64,000 bases of DNA, from the NCBI RefSeq assembly GCF_009914755.1, contig NC_060938.1; one strand, given 5' to 3'. The position numbers and the translations under genes are program-made. The stretch comes from the human T2T-CHM13v2.0 reference genome, Homo sapiens. The notes beneath the pieces were generated by a model. It worked only from the letters and a program-made list of their open reading frames with translations, searched no databases and was not told the origin of the DNA. This document shows positions 13,730 to 29,423 of this stretch, one piece after another. The number at the start of each line of letters is the position of its first letter. Position 1 is the first letter of the stretch.

Positions 13730-14460
13730 GATATAATTTTAAAATGGAACTAAAATATTTTGAAAATACTTTGAGGAGCTAAAATTATGTAACATACATA
13801 ATCAGCAACTACCTTAAAATTGTTAAAGAAAATCTACAAGCCAGACAATACAAATCAATAATGTGAACAAACTCAACGTGCTATCTGCAGATGCAAAGAA
13901 ATAAAATGATGCAAGTTTAAAACAGTAAGAGAGAGGAAAACTGATACAGAGGAAAGAGAATAGAAACCTAGTATATTTATGATGTATTTATTCAAAAGAG
14001 ACCAGAACACTTAGACTCTAACAATAATCTAAAATATTCTAAACAGAAGAAAAAAAACCCTACATTATTTTTTTTAATGTGTCAAATTATAGGAAGAGTT
14101 AGTAAAATAGATTAGCATCTGAAATAAACTGGTGATATTTTATATCTCAGGAATAAAGAATTACATAAGCATCAAATCAGAAGAAAACAGATTATCTTTA
14201 ATGGAAGCAAAATCCAATTAGACTCAGATTTTTTATCTTCAATAATAAATGCAAGAAAACAAGAGGAAAATGTATAGATAGTTTTGAGGGGATAGATAGG
14301 CCATGGTCCAAGATTCTTACACCCAGTCAAGTTGAGATTAGTATGTGAAGTCAACATAAACATACACTGCTATGTATAGGACTCAGAAAACTAACTATAG
14401 ATTTCCTAAAAGAATTTTTAAAACTGCAATTCAGCCAGCCTGAAGATACTCAGTAACTCC
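13730..14460 (+). mobile_element. Old L1M ORF1-region fossil
   Basis: A-rich; ATTAGACTCAGATTTTTATC...AATAAATGCAAGAAAACA...AGATTCTTACACCCAGTCAAG resembles the L1 ORF1 3' part. Confidence 0.55.
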
Positions 14461-15200
14461 AAAGGCCTCTGAGCACTAAGGCTACCCTTCCATTTAAAGC
14501 TCAAATAATTATTGTTGGAGACCTAATCCAAATAGCTTGGAAGAAAAGACAATGCTCTCCTAAATACACCTTAATATCTGAAGGATCTGTTTTATTATAT
14601 TTTTCCCTATGAACTATAACTCCTGTTTCTCTACACATCTTATGCCATCTCTATACTACATCTACATACCACCCCAGATTTTTGTGGTTTGATTTATTTC
14701 AAAACCGGGATATAATCAATTTCTTTATTTCCCTTACTAAGGATGTGGTAGTATCATAAAGGAACAACAACACAAAAAGGAAAATCTAGAATGCACATAG
14801 ATATCACTTCTGAAATTTCATTACCCAATTCCAACATAGGACTGGCATCCTAGGCTTGGCCCTGTGTTGCTGAGAATCTTCCCATCACAGATATTGACCT
14901 AAAATCTCTTCTCACTTTTCAAGTTTCAAGTCTCAGCCACCGTCTCACTTCTCATTTGAATCCAGGAAATCAAAATATGAATTAGCAGTGTTTTCGATAC
15001 CTGAAAAAACCTATTCTTTAGTATTTGTTTATTATTCATTAGTTCCTCCAATCATAAAGCAGTTTATAATTTATTTTTCAATCTTGCCACTCAAAAGTAG
15101 CATTTTATCTCCCCCTGCCCTCTTTTGGCCTAGCTACTGTTTCAATTAATTATTTTTCCCAGGCAGTAAAAATATTCTTACCAAGTAGGTATTGATTTGA

Positions 15201-15278
15201 ATTTAGACCTTTAAAAATCACCCCCCTACACACACATACACACACAACTTGCAGATTTCTATTTAGACCTTTCAAAAA

Positions 15279-15320
<42 letters not shown>

Positions 15321-15333
15321 CTTGCAGGTTTCT
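15201..15333. repeat. Tandem duplication containing a (CA)n microsatellite
   Basis: ATTTAGACCTTT..AAAATCAC-(CA)n-AACTTGCAG.TTTCT occurs twice (15201-15260 and 15261-15333). Confidence 0.92.
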
Positions 15334-15974
15334 AATGAGATTTCCTTTACTGAGCCCAGTGTTACCAGTGGAAGTCTTTGCCAGAGCTCATGTTTAAAAC
15401 ACATCTGCTTTTATAGTCCTCAAAGATTATATGTAACTTTAAAAAATCCCTTATTTAAAAAATTTGGAATTTAAAAAATTCCAAACCTATTTGGAATCCA
15501 AGTCTGCTTTGATAATGTGATTAAGAGGTGATATTTTCTCTTTTCCCTAATAAACTATAAAAATAAAGGCTCTTGTTTTATCTAATATAACAAATTCCAG
15601 AAAATGTAAGGTATCACAATTATTTTTGTCATTATAAATAATACTGGGATGAAGATATTTTATTTGCATTGATAATTACAGAATACAGTTTTAAGCTTGT
15701 GGTTATAGAACTGCTAGAAAAAAGGATGCATACTTTTTGCTGGAAAAATAAAAGAAGCATGATCTTTATTGGCAAAATACAGACGATATCAAGAAGCATT
15801 ATAAATAGAAAACCCAAGATAAGGTACTAAAATAAAACATATCAGCTACAACAATGAAAAGACAAAGACTTTCATGGAGGGTAAAAATCTAAATCCAGCT
15901 CTGGGCCATCTCTGTTAATGGTACTATTATTTGTTAAGAGCCATAAACAAACAAAAACAACAAAAATGAAGGGA

Positions 15975-16385
15975 AGAAATTGTATCAATATGAGAATGGT
16001 GACCTAAATAAAAGTATCATGCTGCATCTATGTTATAAAATATGAAGCAGTTAAAAATAATTTGGTGTGTTATATAGCCTGTGCATTCACACATGGAATG
16101 CTCTTCAAGACGTATTAAGTTAAAAAGTCAAATTACAAAACAATGTGCAAGGTATAATCCCATTTATCAAAAACAAAACTGTATATTGATACGTATGAAG
16201 ATATACATAGGTGGACATATAGGCAGAGTTTTGAGATGATACATTTCATTCAGATAACAGTGTTTATCTCTAAGGAAGAGACTAGAACAGCATGGGATTC
16301 AATGGCGCTTTCATTGAATGTGTATAGATCTTATGTTTTACAGTAAGAATTCATATATTATATTTAATAAATATGTAATTAACAT
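15975..16385 (+). mobile_element. L1ME-type 3' fossil
   Basis: ACATGGAATGCTCTTCAAGACGTATTAAGT...TATAATCCCATTTA pattern. Confidence 0.5.
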
Positions 16386-17209
16386 AACTACTTTTTTTCA
16401 AATATTACATAATTTCAAATTTTTAAAATAGGAGCAACAAGGCCTATTATTGCTTAAATTGGAAGGCTCATTATTTTAAAATGCTCATTATTTTATAATT
16501 TCTTTTCCAAATTAAATTATAAATCTGTGTATTCCCAATCAACATAGTAACACTTTTTTTATGTTACATTTAGATTGTTTCTACTTTTTCACAGTTAAAA
16601 ATGCCTGTAAATTACTCTCATTGACCCTTGACTCTGCAAAGACAACTTGGTATGGGTTTTTCTAACATGGAATCTGAAGCTCAAAATTAACCAAGTAGGG
16701 AATCTTTCTTTGATGTTCAAGCCATAATTTCCTGCGTGATTAAATGGAGGAGGTGATTTTTTTTTTCAAACTTACCTATTGTTAGAGATGGAGCTTTCCT
16801 CGGTATGCTGGGCAGCATCTTTACCTATACGGTACAAATTCTGTGCCTTTCACCAGTAGGTGGCTTATTTTGTTTTTAATTCCATCTTTATTGTTTTGAA
16901 CAATTCAGAATGTGTATTCTGTCTTTCCACATCACTTAAAAAATCTTGTTTTTATTTAGAGGCAAAATAATAGATTTTTATCCCCCTTAGTGTTTTTTTA
17001 ACGTAACGCAATAAAGTATGGGTCTCCCACTCAGTACTTCTAAGAAATATAGGCAATATATTTGAACAGAAACGGACTTGGAGAAGAAGCAGTAGCTCTT
17101 ACCTTTTTATTAAGTGAGAGGTAGAATGACCGTCTGACTGATGAACTGGAAAGAATTAGCCATTCGCTGAGCCACCATATCCAGGGAATGTTCCTCTTCA
17201 TTAAGCGAA

Positions 17210-17600
17210 GATATGGACAAGGATGTGAAGCAGCCATGTCTCTCATACATTGCTGGCAGGAATGTAAGATAGTACAGCTACTCTGGAAAAGGTTGGCAAA
17301 TTCTTAGAAAGTTAAACAAATTCTTCCTATAAGACTCAGTGATCACGTTCTTGGGTATTTATCTTAGAGAGGTAAAAACTCAGGACCACACAAAAACCTG
17401 TTTACAAATGTTCATAGAAACGTTATTTGTAATAGGCAAAAAATGAAAAGAGCCCAAATATCCCTCAATGGGTAAATGGATAAACAAAGGGTGGTATATC
17501 TATATAATGAAATGCCATTTAGCAATAAAAAGGAACAAATTATTATGCACACAAAAACTTTGGTGGCTCTCAATGGCATTATACTGAGTGAAAAAAATCT
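17210..17600 (+). mobile_element. L1MC/MD-type 3' fragment
   Basis: CTCTCATACATTGCTGGCAGGAATGTAAGATAGTACAGCTACTCTGGAAAA and AAATGGATAAACAAA motifs. Confidence 0.75.
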
Positions 17601-17881
17601 TTCACATCCTCTCTACAATAATTATAAATGTGATTTATTGGTTTTAAAAATACTTTTTGTCTTCTTAAAATCAGTAAGACAAGTTTCTTTTCTGGAAAAT
17701 ATTAAATAGGCCTTCAATGTCATAAATTCCTTGGGAGAAATTGTCCTAGAAGTGCGAAGAAAGCCCTAAAGATTCTAAAACTGTAATTGGACATAGCAAA
17801 GCAGTACATGATTATAAATAAATTGGTAATTTCTCCATTTCATCAAACCTATACCAACAAACAAAGAAAATGGTCATTTCC

Positions 17882-18487
17882 CAGTGTGGCGATTTCTCAA
17901 GGATCTAGAACCAGAATACCATTTGACCCAGCAATCCCATTACTGGGTGTATACCCAAAGGAATATAAATCATTCTACTATAAAGACGCATGCAAAACAT
18001 ATCTTTATTGCAGTACTATTTACAATAGCAAAGACATGGAACCAACCCAAATGCCCATCAATGATAGACCGGATAAAGAAAATGTGGCACATGTATGCCA
18101 TGGAATACGATGCAGCCATAAAAAAGAATGAGTTCATGTCCCTTCTTTACAGGGACATGGATGAAGCTGGAAACAATCATTCTCAACAAACTAAGATAGG
18201 AACAGAAAACCCATCACTGCATATTCTCACTCATAAGTGGGAGTTGAACAGTGAGAACACATGGACACAGGGAAGGGAACATCACACACCAGGGCCTGTC
18301 AGGGGGTTGGGGGAAAGGGGAGGGACAGCATTAGGACAAATACCTAATACATGTGGGGCTTAAAATCTAGATGATGGTTTGTTAGGAGAAGCAAACCACC
18401 ATGGCACATGTATACCTATGTAACAAACCTGCACATTCAGCACATGTATCCCAGAACTTGAAGTAAAAGAATAAAAAAAAAAAAAAA
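17882..18487 (+). mobile_element. L1PA (PA8-10-like) 3' fragment
   Basis: ORF2 C-terminus (WRFLKDLEPE...), 3'UTR and poly-A; TSD AAAA(T/A)GGTCATTTCC on both sides. Confidence 0.94.
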
Positions 18488-19499
18488 GGTCATTTCCAAT
18501 GTTTTCCCAAGCAGTAGATTACAAAACTAACTACATCAGCTGACTCCACCCCAGGTATTACAGTTCAGGAGGTTTGGGGTTGAGACTGGAGATCTAATTT
18601 TTTCTCTTTTTCTCTAATGATGTTTCAACTATCCATCTCTCTATTGCAATCAGTACAAATACAATCAATACAAATGACCAATCAATACTGATTTGATCAT
18701 CTCACTGCCTGGCTATTTTTTTCTCTCTTGTCTTTGTTTACCTTGTGTGGTATTATTTCTCATCACTTGGAAAATTTTTAGTTATTAATTCTTTTAGGAA
18801 GCTTCTCTGGTCATGCTTTCTTTTATGGGTACTTTGTCTGTATTCACACAGAAGCCTAATATTTCCTTAATTATCATAGTATATTAAATTTTTCAGTTTA
18901 CAAATGTATTTTCTCCACTAAATTGTAAACTTTATAAAGGAAGATATAATGTTATTTGAGTTCACTAATGTATTCCTAGGGCTTTTCATGATATCTGATA
19001 TAACTATTTAATCATTATTTGTAAAACAAATGGACGATTTACCTAACCCACTTCACTACTCTGATTTCTCAACTGAGAAATGCAGTTGTAAAGTAATCAA
19101 AAGATATTAAAAATAGACTAGGCTATGAGAAGACAAGTAATATTTCTTCATTGCATCAAATTTGGAATGTTTAACATATGCATTCTTTCTTTAGCCCTTC
19201 CTATATGGGCTATATATGTCCCAATAAGAAAGAAAATACCAGAGTACTCATCTTAGTAATTAAAATAACTGAAATTTCCTGAGGTTAAATGATATATCTT
19301 CATTCATGTTGCCACAGTAAGAACTTGGAAAGTTGAAAGATTGACTATCATGGAAGTCAAAAATGGCTATCATCTTACATGGCAACTGCTGCTGGATGTT
19401 GTCTGAAGGCTCGGCTGGACTATTAACTAGAGGGTCTATGTGGCTGTCTCTTTACAGTATTTCATCTTGCTCCTATGTACTTTTAAAAATGAAAAGACA

Positions 19500-21284
<1,785 letters not shown>

Positions 21285-22334
21285 AAGACTTCATGACTAA
21301 AACATCAAAAGCAATGGCAACAAAAGCCAAAATCGACAAATGGGATCTAATTCAACTAAAGAGGTTCTGCACAGTAAAAGATTCTAATATCGAGTGAACA
21401 GGCAACCTCCAGAATGGGAGAAAATGTTTGTAATCTATCCATCTGACAAAGGGCTAATATCCAGAATCTACAAGGAACTCAAACAAATTTACAAGAAAAA
21501 AACAACCCCATCAATATGGGGCAAAAAATATGAACAGACACTTTTCAAAAGAAGACATTTATGCAGCCAACAAACATATGGGAAAAAAAGCTCATCATCA
21601 CTGATCATTGTAGAAATGCAAACCAAAACCACAGTGAGATACCATCTCATACCAGTTAGAATGTTGATCATTAAAAAGTCAGGAAACAACAGATGCTGGA
21701 GAGGATGTGCAGAAATAGGAAAGCTTTTACACTGTTGGTGGGAGTGTAAATTAGTTCAACCATTGTGGAAAACAGTGTGGTGATTCCTCAAGGAACTAGA
21801 GCCAGAAATATCATTTGATCCAGCAATCCCATTACTGGGTATATACCCAAAGGATTATAAATCGAGTATAAAGACACATGCACACATATGTTTATTGCAG
21901 CACTATTCACAATAGCAAAGACTTGAAACTAACCCAAATGCCCATCAATGATAGACTGGATAAGAAAATGTGGGACATATACACCATGGAATACCAGGCA
22001 GCCATAAAAAGGATGAGTTAATGTCCTTTGCAGGAACATGGATGAAGCTGGAAACCATCATTCTCAGCAAACTAAGACAGGAACAAAAAACCAAACACCG
22101 CATGTTCTCACTCATAAGTAGGAGTTGAATGCAATGAGAACACATGGACACAGGGAGGGGAACATCACACACTGGGGCCTGTCGGGGCGTGGGGGGCTAG
22201 GGTAGGGATAGCATTAGAGAAATACCTAATGTAGATGACGGGTTGATGGATGCAGCAAACTACCATGGGAAGTGTATACCTATGTAACAAACCTGCACGT
22301 TCTGCACATGTGTCCCAAAGCTTGAAGTATAATA
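21285..22334 (+). mobile_element. L1PA7-like ORF2 end and 3'UTR, non-inverted part
   Basis: CWRGC...[20 protein letters not shown]-domain; 3'UTR; TSD AAAAATGAAAAGACA at 19485-19499 and 22335-22349. Confidence 0.96.
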
Positions 22335-22437
22335 AAAAATGAAAAGACAGCCTGCTTTTATTCTAAGAATTTTATCAGTGCATAGAATAATGTACTAAAA
22401 AGAAAAGTCATCTGACTCCATGTATTCTAGACAGAAG

Positions 22438-23050
22438 CGTTGCGATTTATATTGCTACCAACAAATTACCCAAAATTAGCAGCTTAAAACAATGATTTCA
22501 TTTTGCTTTCAATTTTATCTTAAATTCAGGAAAAACTCAGCTAGACAGTGCTTGCTTAGATTCTTGCATGCTATTTGAGCCAAATGTTCGTTGGAACTTC
22601 AGTCATCTGAAAGGCTGAACTGGCCTGGAAATAAATGGCCAACTCACATGACAGCTGACACTGGCGGTAAGCTGGAAGATCAACTGGACCGTCAACAGGA
22701 ACATCTACCTGATGCTTTCCAGTATGGCAATCTCAGAGTAACTGAAATTCCAACAAGGTAGCTCAGGGATCTAAGCACAATTGCTCTAGGAACCTAGGTG
22801 AAAGCTGTATCACCTTTTCTAATCTAGCCTTGAAAGTCAAGAAGCATCATTTCTGCTACAATCTTTTAGGTATGAGCTCATCTAGCTATAATGGAAGGGG
22901 ACATAGATACCATCTTTTGATGAGAAAAGTGCCAAGATAGCCTTGTAGGAAAGCATATATCATAGGAGGTATTTTTACTCACTTTGGAAAATATGACCTA
23001 CCACAGACCATCATCTGGCCTCATCAAGTCACATATTTCCCACATGTCAT
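22438..23050 (-). mobile_element. MLT1-type MaLR LTR
   Basis: ATTGCTACCAACAAATTACCCAAAATTAGCAGCTTAAAACAA start; CTAGCCTTGAAAGTCA...CATCATTTCTGC. Confidence 0.75.
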
Positions 23051-23064
23051 ATATGAATGAAGGC

Positions 23065-25500
23065 ACTTTTTACTTCTTTTCCCATCTGGATGTATTTTGT
23101 TTCTTTTCTTAGGCTGAACTGGCTACAGTGAAGAGTACAATGTTGAATAGAAGTGATGAGAGTGATACACTGGCCTTGTTCCTAATTTAGGGGGAAGAGT
23201 AGTCATTTATTCATCAGGTATGATGGATGTCCACTATTAGGTGGAAGAAGTCTCTTTCTGTTCCTGGTTTGCTGAAAGATTTTGTTGCTGTTTTTTAAAT
23301 CAGAAATGGATATTGATTTTGTCAAATGCTTTTTCTGATTCTCTTAAGATTATCATATAGTTTTGCTTTTTTACTATTTAATGTAGTTAACTGCATTAAT
23401 TGATTTTCAAGTCACTTATATTCCTGAGATAAACCCCATTTAGTCATTTATTATCCCTTATGTATCCTGTTGGATTCCATTTGCTAAGATTTTAAATTCT
23501 TTTTATGTCTATGTTCCTGAAGAACATGGGAATGTGGCTTGCTTTCCTGTGATAAATTTCTTCATTTTTGATATTAGCATAATGTTGGCACATAGAATTA
23601 GGTTGGAAGTATTTATCTCTCTTATTTTCCAGAGGCATTTGTATAGAATGGGTATTATTTCTTCCTTCCTTGGCAGAACCCAAAAGTAAAGCCATTTGTG
23701 CCAGGCTTCTATTTTATTTATTTATTTTGAAGGTATGGATCTAGAAGATTAATTTTTAAAGATAGATATAGGGCTACTTGGGTTACATATTTCATCTTGA
23801 AGGAACTTTGTTAGTGTGTCTTTAAGGCAATCTGTTCATTCCATACAAGTTTGTAAATTTATTGGCATAAAGTTTTGTTAATAATATCCTCCTATTATTC
23901 TTTAATATCTACAGTTATATATCTTACCTTTCTCATTCTTGATATTGGTAATTTGTGGCTTTTGTCTTTCTTCCTGATTGGTTATTTTTCATGATAAATA
24001 ATTTTATTGATCACCTCAGTAAAGCAACATTAGATCTCATTGATTTTCCATTGTCTTTTCTGTTTACTATTTCCTTTACTTCATCTCTTATTTTTTTAAA
24101 TTTTATTTCTTCTGCTTATCTGGAGTTTAATTTCCTCTTCTTTTTCTAGTTTCAAAAAGTGAAATTTAGGTAATTGGCTTTAGACAATTCTTTTCTTCTG
24201 AGTACTGCTTTAACTGCATCCCACCAATTCTGACATGTTGTTTTCATTTTCATTTCGTTCAAAATATCTTCTAGCTTTTTCTTTGACCAATGGGTTATTT
24301 AGAAGTGCTTTATATAGTTTCCAAATATTTGGGAATTTTCTGAATATCTGTCTCTTATTGATTTCTAATTTCATAACATTATGGTCACAGAACATACTTT
24401 GTATAATCTGACTCCTCTTAAATGTATTGAGACCTACTTCATGACCCAGAATATGAACAATCTTAGTAAATGCTCCATGAGTACTTGAAAAATTCTTCTA
24501 TTGTTGGGTGTAGTGTTTTATAAACACCAGTTAGTTCTGGTTGGTTGACAGCATTGTTCAAGCATTCTTTATACTTGATTTCCGTCTACTTCTTATAGCA
24601 ATTGAGAGAGTTCTTAAATTCCTGATTGTAATTGTGGATTTGTCTATTTCATTTTGAATTCTGTTAAGTATGACTTCATGCATTTCAAAATTCAGTTGTT
24701 AGGTACAGAGACTATAGATTGTTATCTGAATAAATTAATCATTTTACCATTACAAAATGACTATCTTTGCCCCATTCCATATTCTGACATATGTCTTGAC
24801 TAATACTAATATAGACACTTCAGCTTTACTTTGTTTAGTAGTCATATAGCATATATTTCCTATATTTCCTCTTTTTTTTTTCTACTATTTGTGTCTTTAT
24901 ATTTAAAGTGAGTTTTTGGACTGGTGCAGTGGCTCATGCTTATAATCCCAGCACTTTGGGAGGCAAAGCGAGGCGGATCACTTAAGTGTAGGAGTTTGAG
25001 ACCAGCCTGGCCACCCGGGTGAAACCCCATCTCTAGTAAAAATACAAAAGTTAGCCGGGCATGGTGGTGCACGCCTTTAGTCCCAGCACTCAGGAGGCTA
25101 AGGCAGAAGAGTCGCTTGAACCTTGGAGGCGGAGGTTTCAGTGAGCTGAGATTGCACCACTGCACTCAAGCCTGAGTGACACAGCAATACTGTCTCAATA
25201 AATAAATACATAAATAAAGGCAAGTCTTTTGTAAGTAACTGGTAGTCGGGTCTTGTTTTTCAATCCATTCTGACAATTTTTACTTTTTACTTAGTATGTT
25301 TAAACTATACATTTAGTGTTGTTAACGATCTTCTTGGTTTAAATTTACCTTTCTACCAAGTATATTCTTTTTGTTCTCTCTCTTCTTTGTTTCCTTTTGG
25401 TTTAAAAATTATTTTATTGCTCCATTTTGTCTACTTCATTTGCTTATTAGCTACAACCCATTGCTTCATTTTTAAGTGGTGGCTTTGGTGTTTATAACAT
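23065..25500 (-). mobile_element. Old L1M ORF2 fossil interrupted by an Alu
   Basis: T-rich; AGTACAATGTTGAATAGAAGTGATGAGAGT; minus-strand ORF MFCDHNVMKLEIN resembles the L1 endonuclease end (SDHN). Confidence 0.85.
24918..25218 (+). mobile_element. AluJ/early AluS
   Basis: Full diverged dimer with (AATA)n tail. Confidence 0.92.
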
Positions 25501-25514
25501 TTCATAAAAGGGTG

Positions 25515-26700
25515 GAATATTAGCTGGGCCTTCAAGGGTGAGGAAGATTCTGATGGCTAGACAGGATATAGACATTGTTAGCAAAAGGAATTTTATGAAA
25601 ACAAAACAAAACATTTTTGTGTGTAGAACAATTTGAGAGCTAGAACGTCTTTATATAGGAGTGGTGAGAAATTCAACTTGAAAAGGCGAGCACTTGATCT
25701 GAGAACATACTTTAAAATAAACTAAGGAGGATATTTTATACTTTAACATACAGCCAGTGGAGAATCATGGAAAATAAAATGGTTAAAAGAGAACTTTCTA
25801 AAGTTTAATTTGACAGCTATTACATATTGGACTAGAGTAGAAAAAGAATAGAGGTAGAAAATTACCTTAGAATTTGAGGATTATTAAAGACCTCAAAAAT
25901 TGCAGTTTAAGATTTTTCATTTAGGGATGAAGAAATTGAAGTCAAGAGAAGTCACAGAGCTTGTGTGATGTAGCTTCAGTAAAACCCAGGTCTCCTGCCT
26001 TCTAAGCTAGTGTTTCATCTGCAGCTCTGTTTTATTGTTAAAAGGCTACTGTGTCAGGCTAAGCAGGAAGTGATAAGATTCTAAAGGAGGAGATAACCAT
26101 TGGACTCAAGAAAATAAACTTAAGTGTCAGAGTGCAGAATAACAGCGGCCTTAAGGGAGATATTATTTATATAAGCTAGTCACAGAAGGCCTCATTTAGG
26201 TGATATGCTTGAACAGAATTATGATGTTAGTGACAGGTGTCACGTGAAAACTAGAGGAAGAAAGTTCAAAGCGGATATACAGCAGTTCCCAATCCTTGAG
26301 ACAGAAATGAGCATGAGGGCTGTGATGCCTTAGCTTGTAAGGAAAGGTAACATGGTACAAGGTGAGGTCCGTAGGCACAAGCCAGGTCATGGGGAATCTC
26401 CTGGGGCTTTGCAAGCCACATGAAGAAGCTTGCAGTTTAAGTGTAATGCAAAGTAACTGGAAGGCTTTGCTCAGGATTGTGACATGAAAGATACACTTTT
26501 TACAAAGATCACTTTTACTATCTATGGAGAACTCACTATGGAGAAACCAAGGCTGGAAAGATCAATAGTCTTTAAGATACTGAAATAACACAGCAGAAAT
26601 GATCAGAACTTGGGATAGTGTGATAATAACAGAGCTGGCAAGAAGTTGTTCCAGGTATATTTTGCAATTAGCACAACTGGGTGAGTGGTATGTCATTTAC
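25515..26700 (-). mobile_element. L2 fragments with a MIR-like piece near 25920-26020
   Basis: GCAAAGTAACTGGAAGGCTTTGCTCAGGATTGTGACATGA...TTTTACAAAGATCACT L2 pattern. Confidence 0.55.
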
Positions 26701-26759
26701 TGGCATAGGCACGGTATGGATGGGAAGAAAGAATTCTGCATGGTCATGATAATTTTGAG

Positions 26760-27065
26760 AGGACTGTCCTTGATCTGAAACCCTTGAGACAATATGTGAA
26801 TAGGAATCAGATTTTTTTCAGAATTTAGGATGGTAATATTATTCATGTAATTCATATCACATACCATCCCTAACAGAGTCTGGGACACTATGTCTTAATC
26901 CCTTCATCAAGCACATTAAAATCTGCTGCAGAAATACTCATCCTTAAATGGGATGAATTAAGATAATAAATAGCTCAAATCAGTTCAAGTCAGATTCTAA
27001 CCTAAAAGAAGTTCAGGGAAAAGCTTTTTGGATTTCAGAATTACAAATAAGGGTTGTAAATTCAT
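26760..27065. mobile_element. MER46C-like TcMar-Tigger fossil
   Basis: AGCTTTTTGGATTTCAGAATTACAAATAAGGG end; CAAGCACATTAAAAT. Confidence 0.55.
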
Positions 27066-27257
27066 ATTTAAACCTGTAAGAGTTTTTTGGGGGAGCAGGA
27101 AAATAATATGTGTTAAGTGTTTCTCAACGTTTTAAAAGCATAGCATGCTAAAGGAAAAATGATTGTTTTGTTGATCCCCTCCTTCCTTTGGGTGAATCTG
27201 GACAGACTATAACCCACTGGAGGCACATTGTTTAAAAAATTCTAATAAAGAGAAAGA

Positions 27258-27445
27258 GGTGGGCATGGTGGCTCACAGCTATAATCTCAGCACCTTAGGA
27301 ATCCAAGGCAGGAGTATTGCTTGAACCCAGGAATTCAAGACTGCAGTGAGCTATGATTGCATCACTGCACTTCAGCCTAGGTGACACAGCAAGACCATGT
27401 CCCCAATAAAATGAGAGAGAAAGAGAGAGAGAGAAAGAAAGAGAC
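27258..27445 (+). mobile_element. Alu monomer (FRAM/AluJ-derived) with GA-rich tail
   Basis: GCTTGAACCCAGGAATTCAAGACTGCAGTGAGCTATGATTGCATCACTGCAC. Confidence 0.85.
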
Positions 27446-27571
27446 TGCAAGATTTTCATCATAAATTATTAGTGGAAGACTGTTGTTACCATTTCCTGAA
27501 ATAATTGCAATCTGAAGGCAGTGTTGTTGAAGAGAGGTAATGGAAACTGTAGTGTCTTCTGTTTTGACTCC

Positions 27572-27915
27572 TGTAGTAGTTAACAATTTATTTTCTGTGC
27601 AAAGAGCCAGATAATAAATATTGTAGAGATGCAGACCATACAGACTGCAGCAACTACTCAACTTTGCCACTGTAGTGCAAAAGCAGCCATAGACAATACC
27701 TAAGGGAATGATCATGGCTGGGTTCCAATAAAACTTTGTGGACACAGATTTGAATATCCTACAATTTTCACAGGCAAGAAAATATTAATCTTTTTTTATT
27801 TTTTTAGACACTTAAAATGTCTAACTCATTCTTAACTCAAGGCCATGCAAAAACAAGTGGTGGGTCAGATTTGGCTCATGTCAGATTTGGCTTCAGTATG
27901 TTTGCTGACTCCTGC
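27572..27915. mobile_element. MER58B-like hAT-Charlie
   Basis: GCAACTACTCAACTTTGCCACTGTAGTGCAAAAGCAGCCATAGACAAT; ends TTTGCTGACTCCTG. Confidence 0.85.
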
Positions 27916-29311
27916 ACTGGAATGGCAAGTTAATCCCTTCATAAAAGAAATGTCCATACCCTGAGGAATGGAGGTGGTATCAGAATCAGAGGCAGAAAGA
28001 TTATGAAGAGAGAAAGATAACAGAAAGGAATGAAGTCAAGTACAAGAATTTGTTGCAGGTATATATTGTTCTCCCTATAAAACAGTAACTTAGAACATTA
28101 AAATGAGGTTTCTGTAGAACCATACCTTTCTGTTGCTTCCTAGACATCTCAACCTCTGCTCTGAGAAACACTTTGTCATGAGCTCCAGGAATCTGCCGAC
28201 TTACCCTGTGTGATTTGAAGACTAAATATTATAGTTAGCTTCATATTTCCTTTCAGCAGCCTCTTAGCTATCAAAATCAACTAGAGATAGTTCTAAAAGC
28301 TGTTAAGTCTTAGCTTTCAAAGTTTGAAAGGATCTTTTTATTTTTCACAGAACCTAGACCTTCAGCATCCTGATATTTTTAAGTCAGATATTAAAGTAGA
28401 ATTTTCTTTTAATTTTAATTAATGTGCTTCTCTTTATATAATCCCTCAATTCTCCTATAGTCTTTTTTCCCCTGCTACTTTTTTGGAAAGGAAATCTAAG
28501 GGAGAAAAAAAAATTAGTTGAAGGAAAAAGATTTGGAGTGTTGTATCTAGCAGGTGGTAGAGAGTAAAGAGACCAAAATTACCAGAATCTTCTCTTTCTA
28601 TCTTTGCCCCCCACCACGTTGTCTTACGGCAAAGTCTAACACATTAAATTGAAGATGAAATGCTTTGACCTTTAGGTATAATGGAGCAATGTATTCAGGT
28701 TTTTCAAATTAACAGCTATGCTCATGACCCTAGAGGGTTTTTAAACACTATTAAATCAATTTTTTAGAAATACTATAGAAGTATTTAAAATTTGGTGTGT
28801 GCTGTGTGATATTTCTGGTTCTCTTTCACACTTAAAACTCTCGTTGAGAATAAAACAGTTTTCTGCATTAAACTGTAACATGATTTGGCATTTATATATC
28901 CTGTAGGAGAGAGTGAAACACTACCTGTTTTAAATTGTGATTTCTAGGAGGGTTTCTGGATTTAGTAAAACCTCAGATACCAAAAAATAAATAAATAAAT
29001 AAGGATTTTGAAATTGCTTTGCCAAGGCTAAGATTCATATGTCTATTTTTACTCAACACCAAATAAAGGTAGCATTTCTAATCCAAGAACTTCTCTCTGC
29101 TGTCTTCCATCACGCTGACATTTTCCACAGGCATTTCTCATGTTTTTTATTTCTTTTTTTCCTTAATAGGATAAGGACATTTCTTTTGCAAAGAAAGTAT
29201 TTAAAATGCTAAATTATGGTTAATTTTTGCTATCCTGCAAGTTGTCAAAGGTGCATTGACTATTTTCAAAGCTTTGTTTTACTTGTCACCTTTGATTAAG
29301 AATATAAATAA

Positions 29312-29423
29312 AGTAAATGACGAGTTGATGAGTGCAGCAAACCAACATGGCACATGTATACCTATGTAACAAACCTGCAAATTGTGCACACGTACCCTAG
29401 AACTTAAAGTATAATAATAAAAA
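29312..29423 (+). mobile_element. Very short (about 110 bp) L1PA 3' end
   Basis: GTAAATGACGAGTTGATG...CCCTAGAACTTAAAGTATAATAATAAAA; TSD AAGAATATAAATAA at 29298-29311 and 29424-29437. Confidence 0.93.

Noticed and set aside
28205-28267. Minus-strand candidate exon with a strong AGG|GTAAGT donor and an open frame
   Set aside because: Weak acceptor, unrecognised peptide and no supporting neighbours
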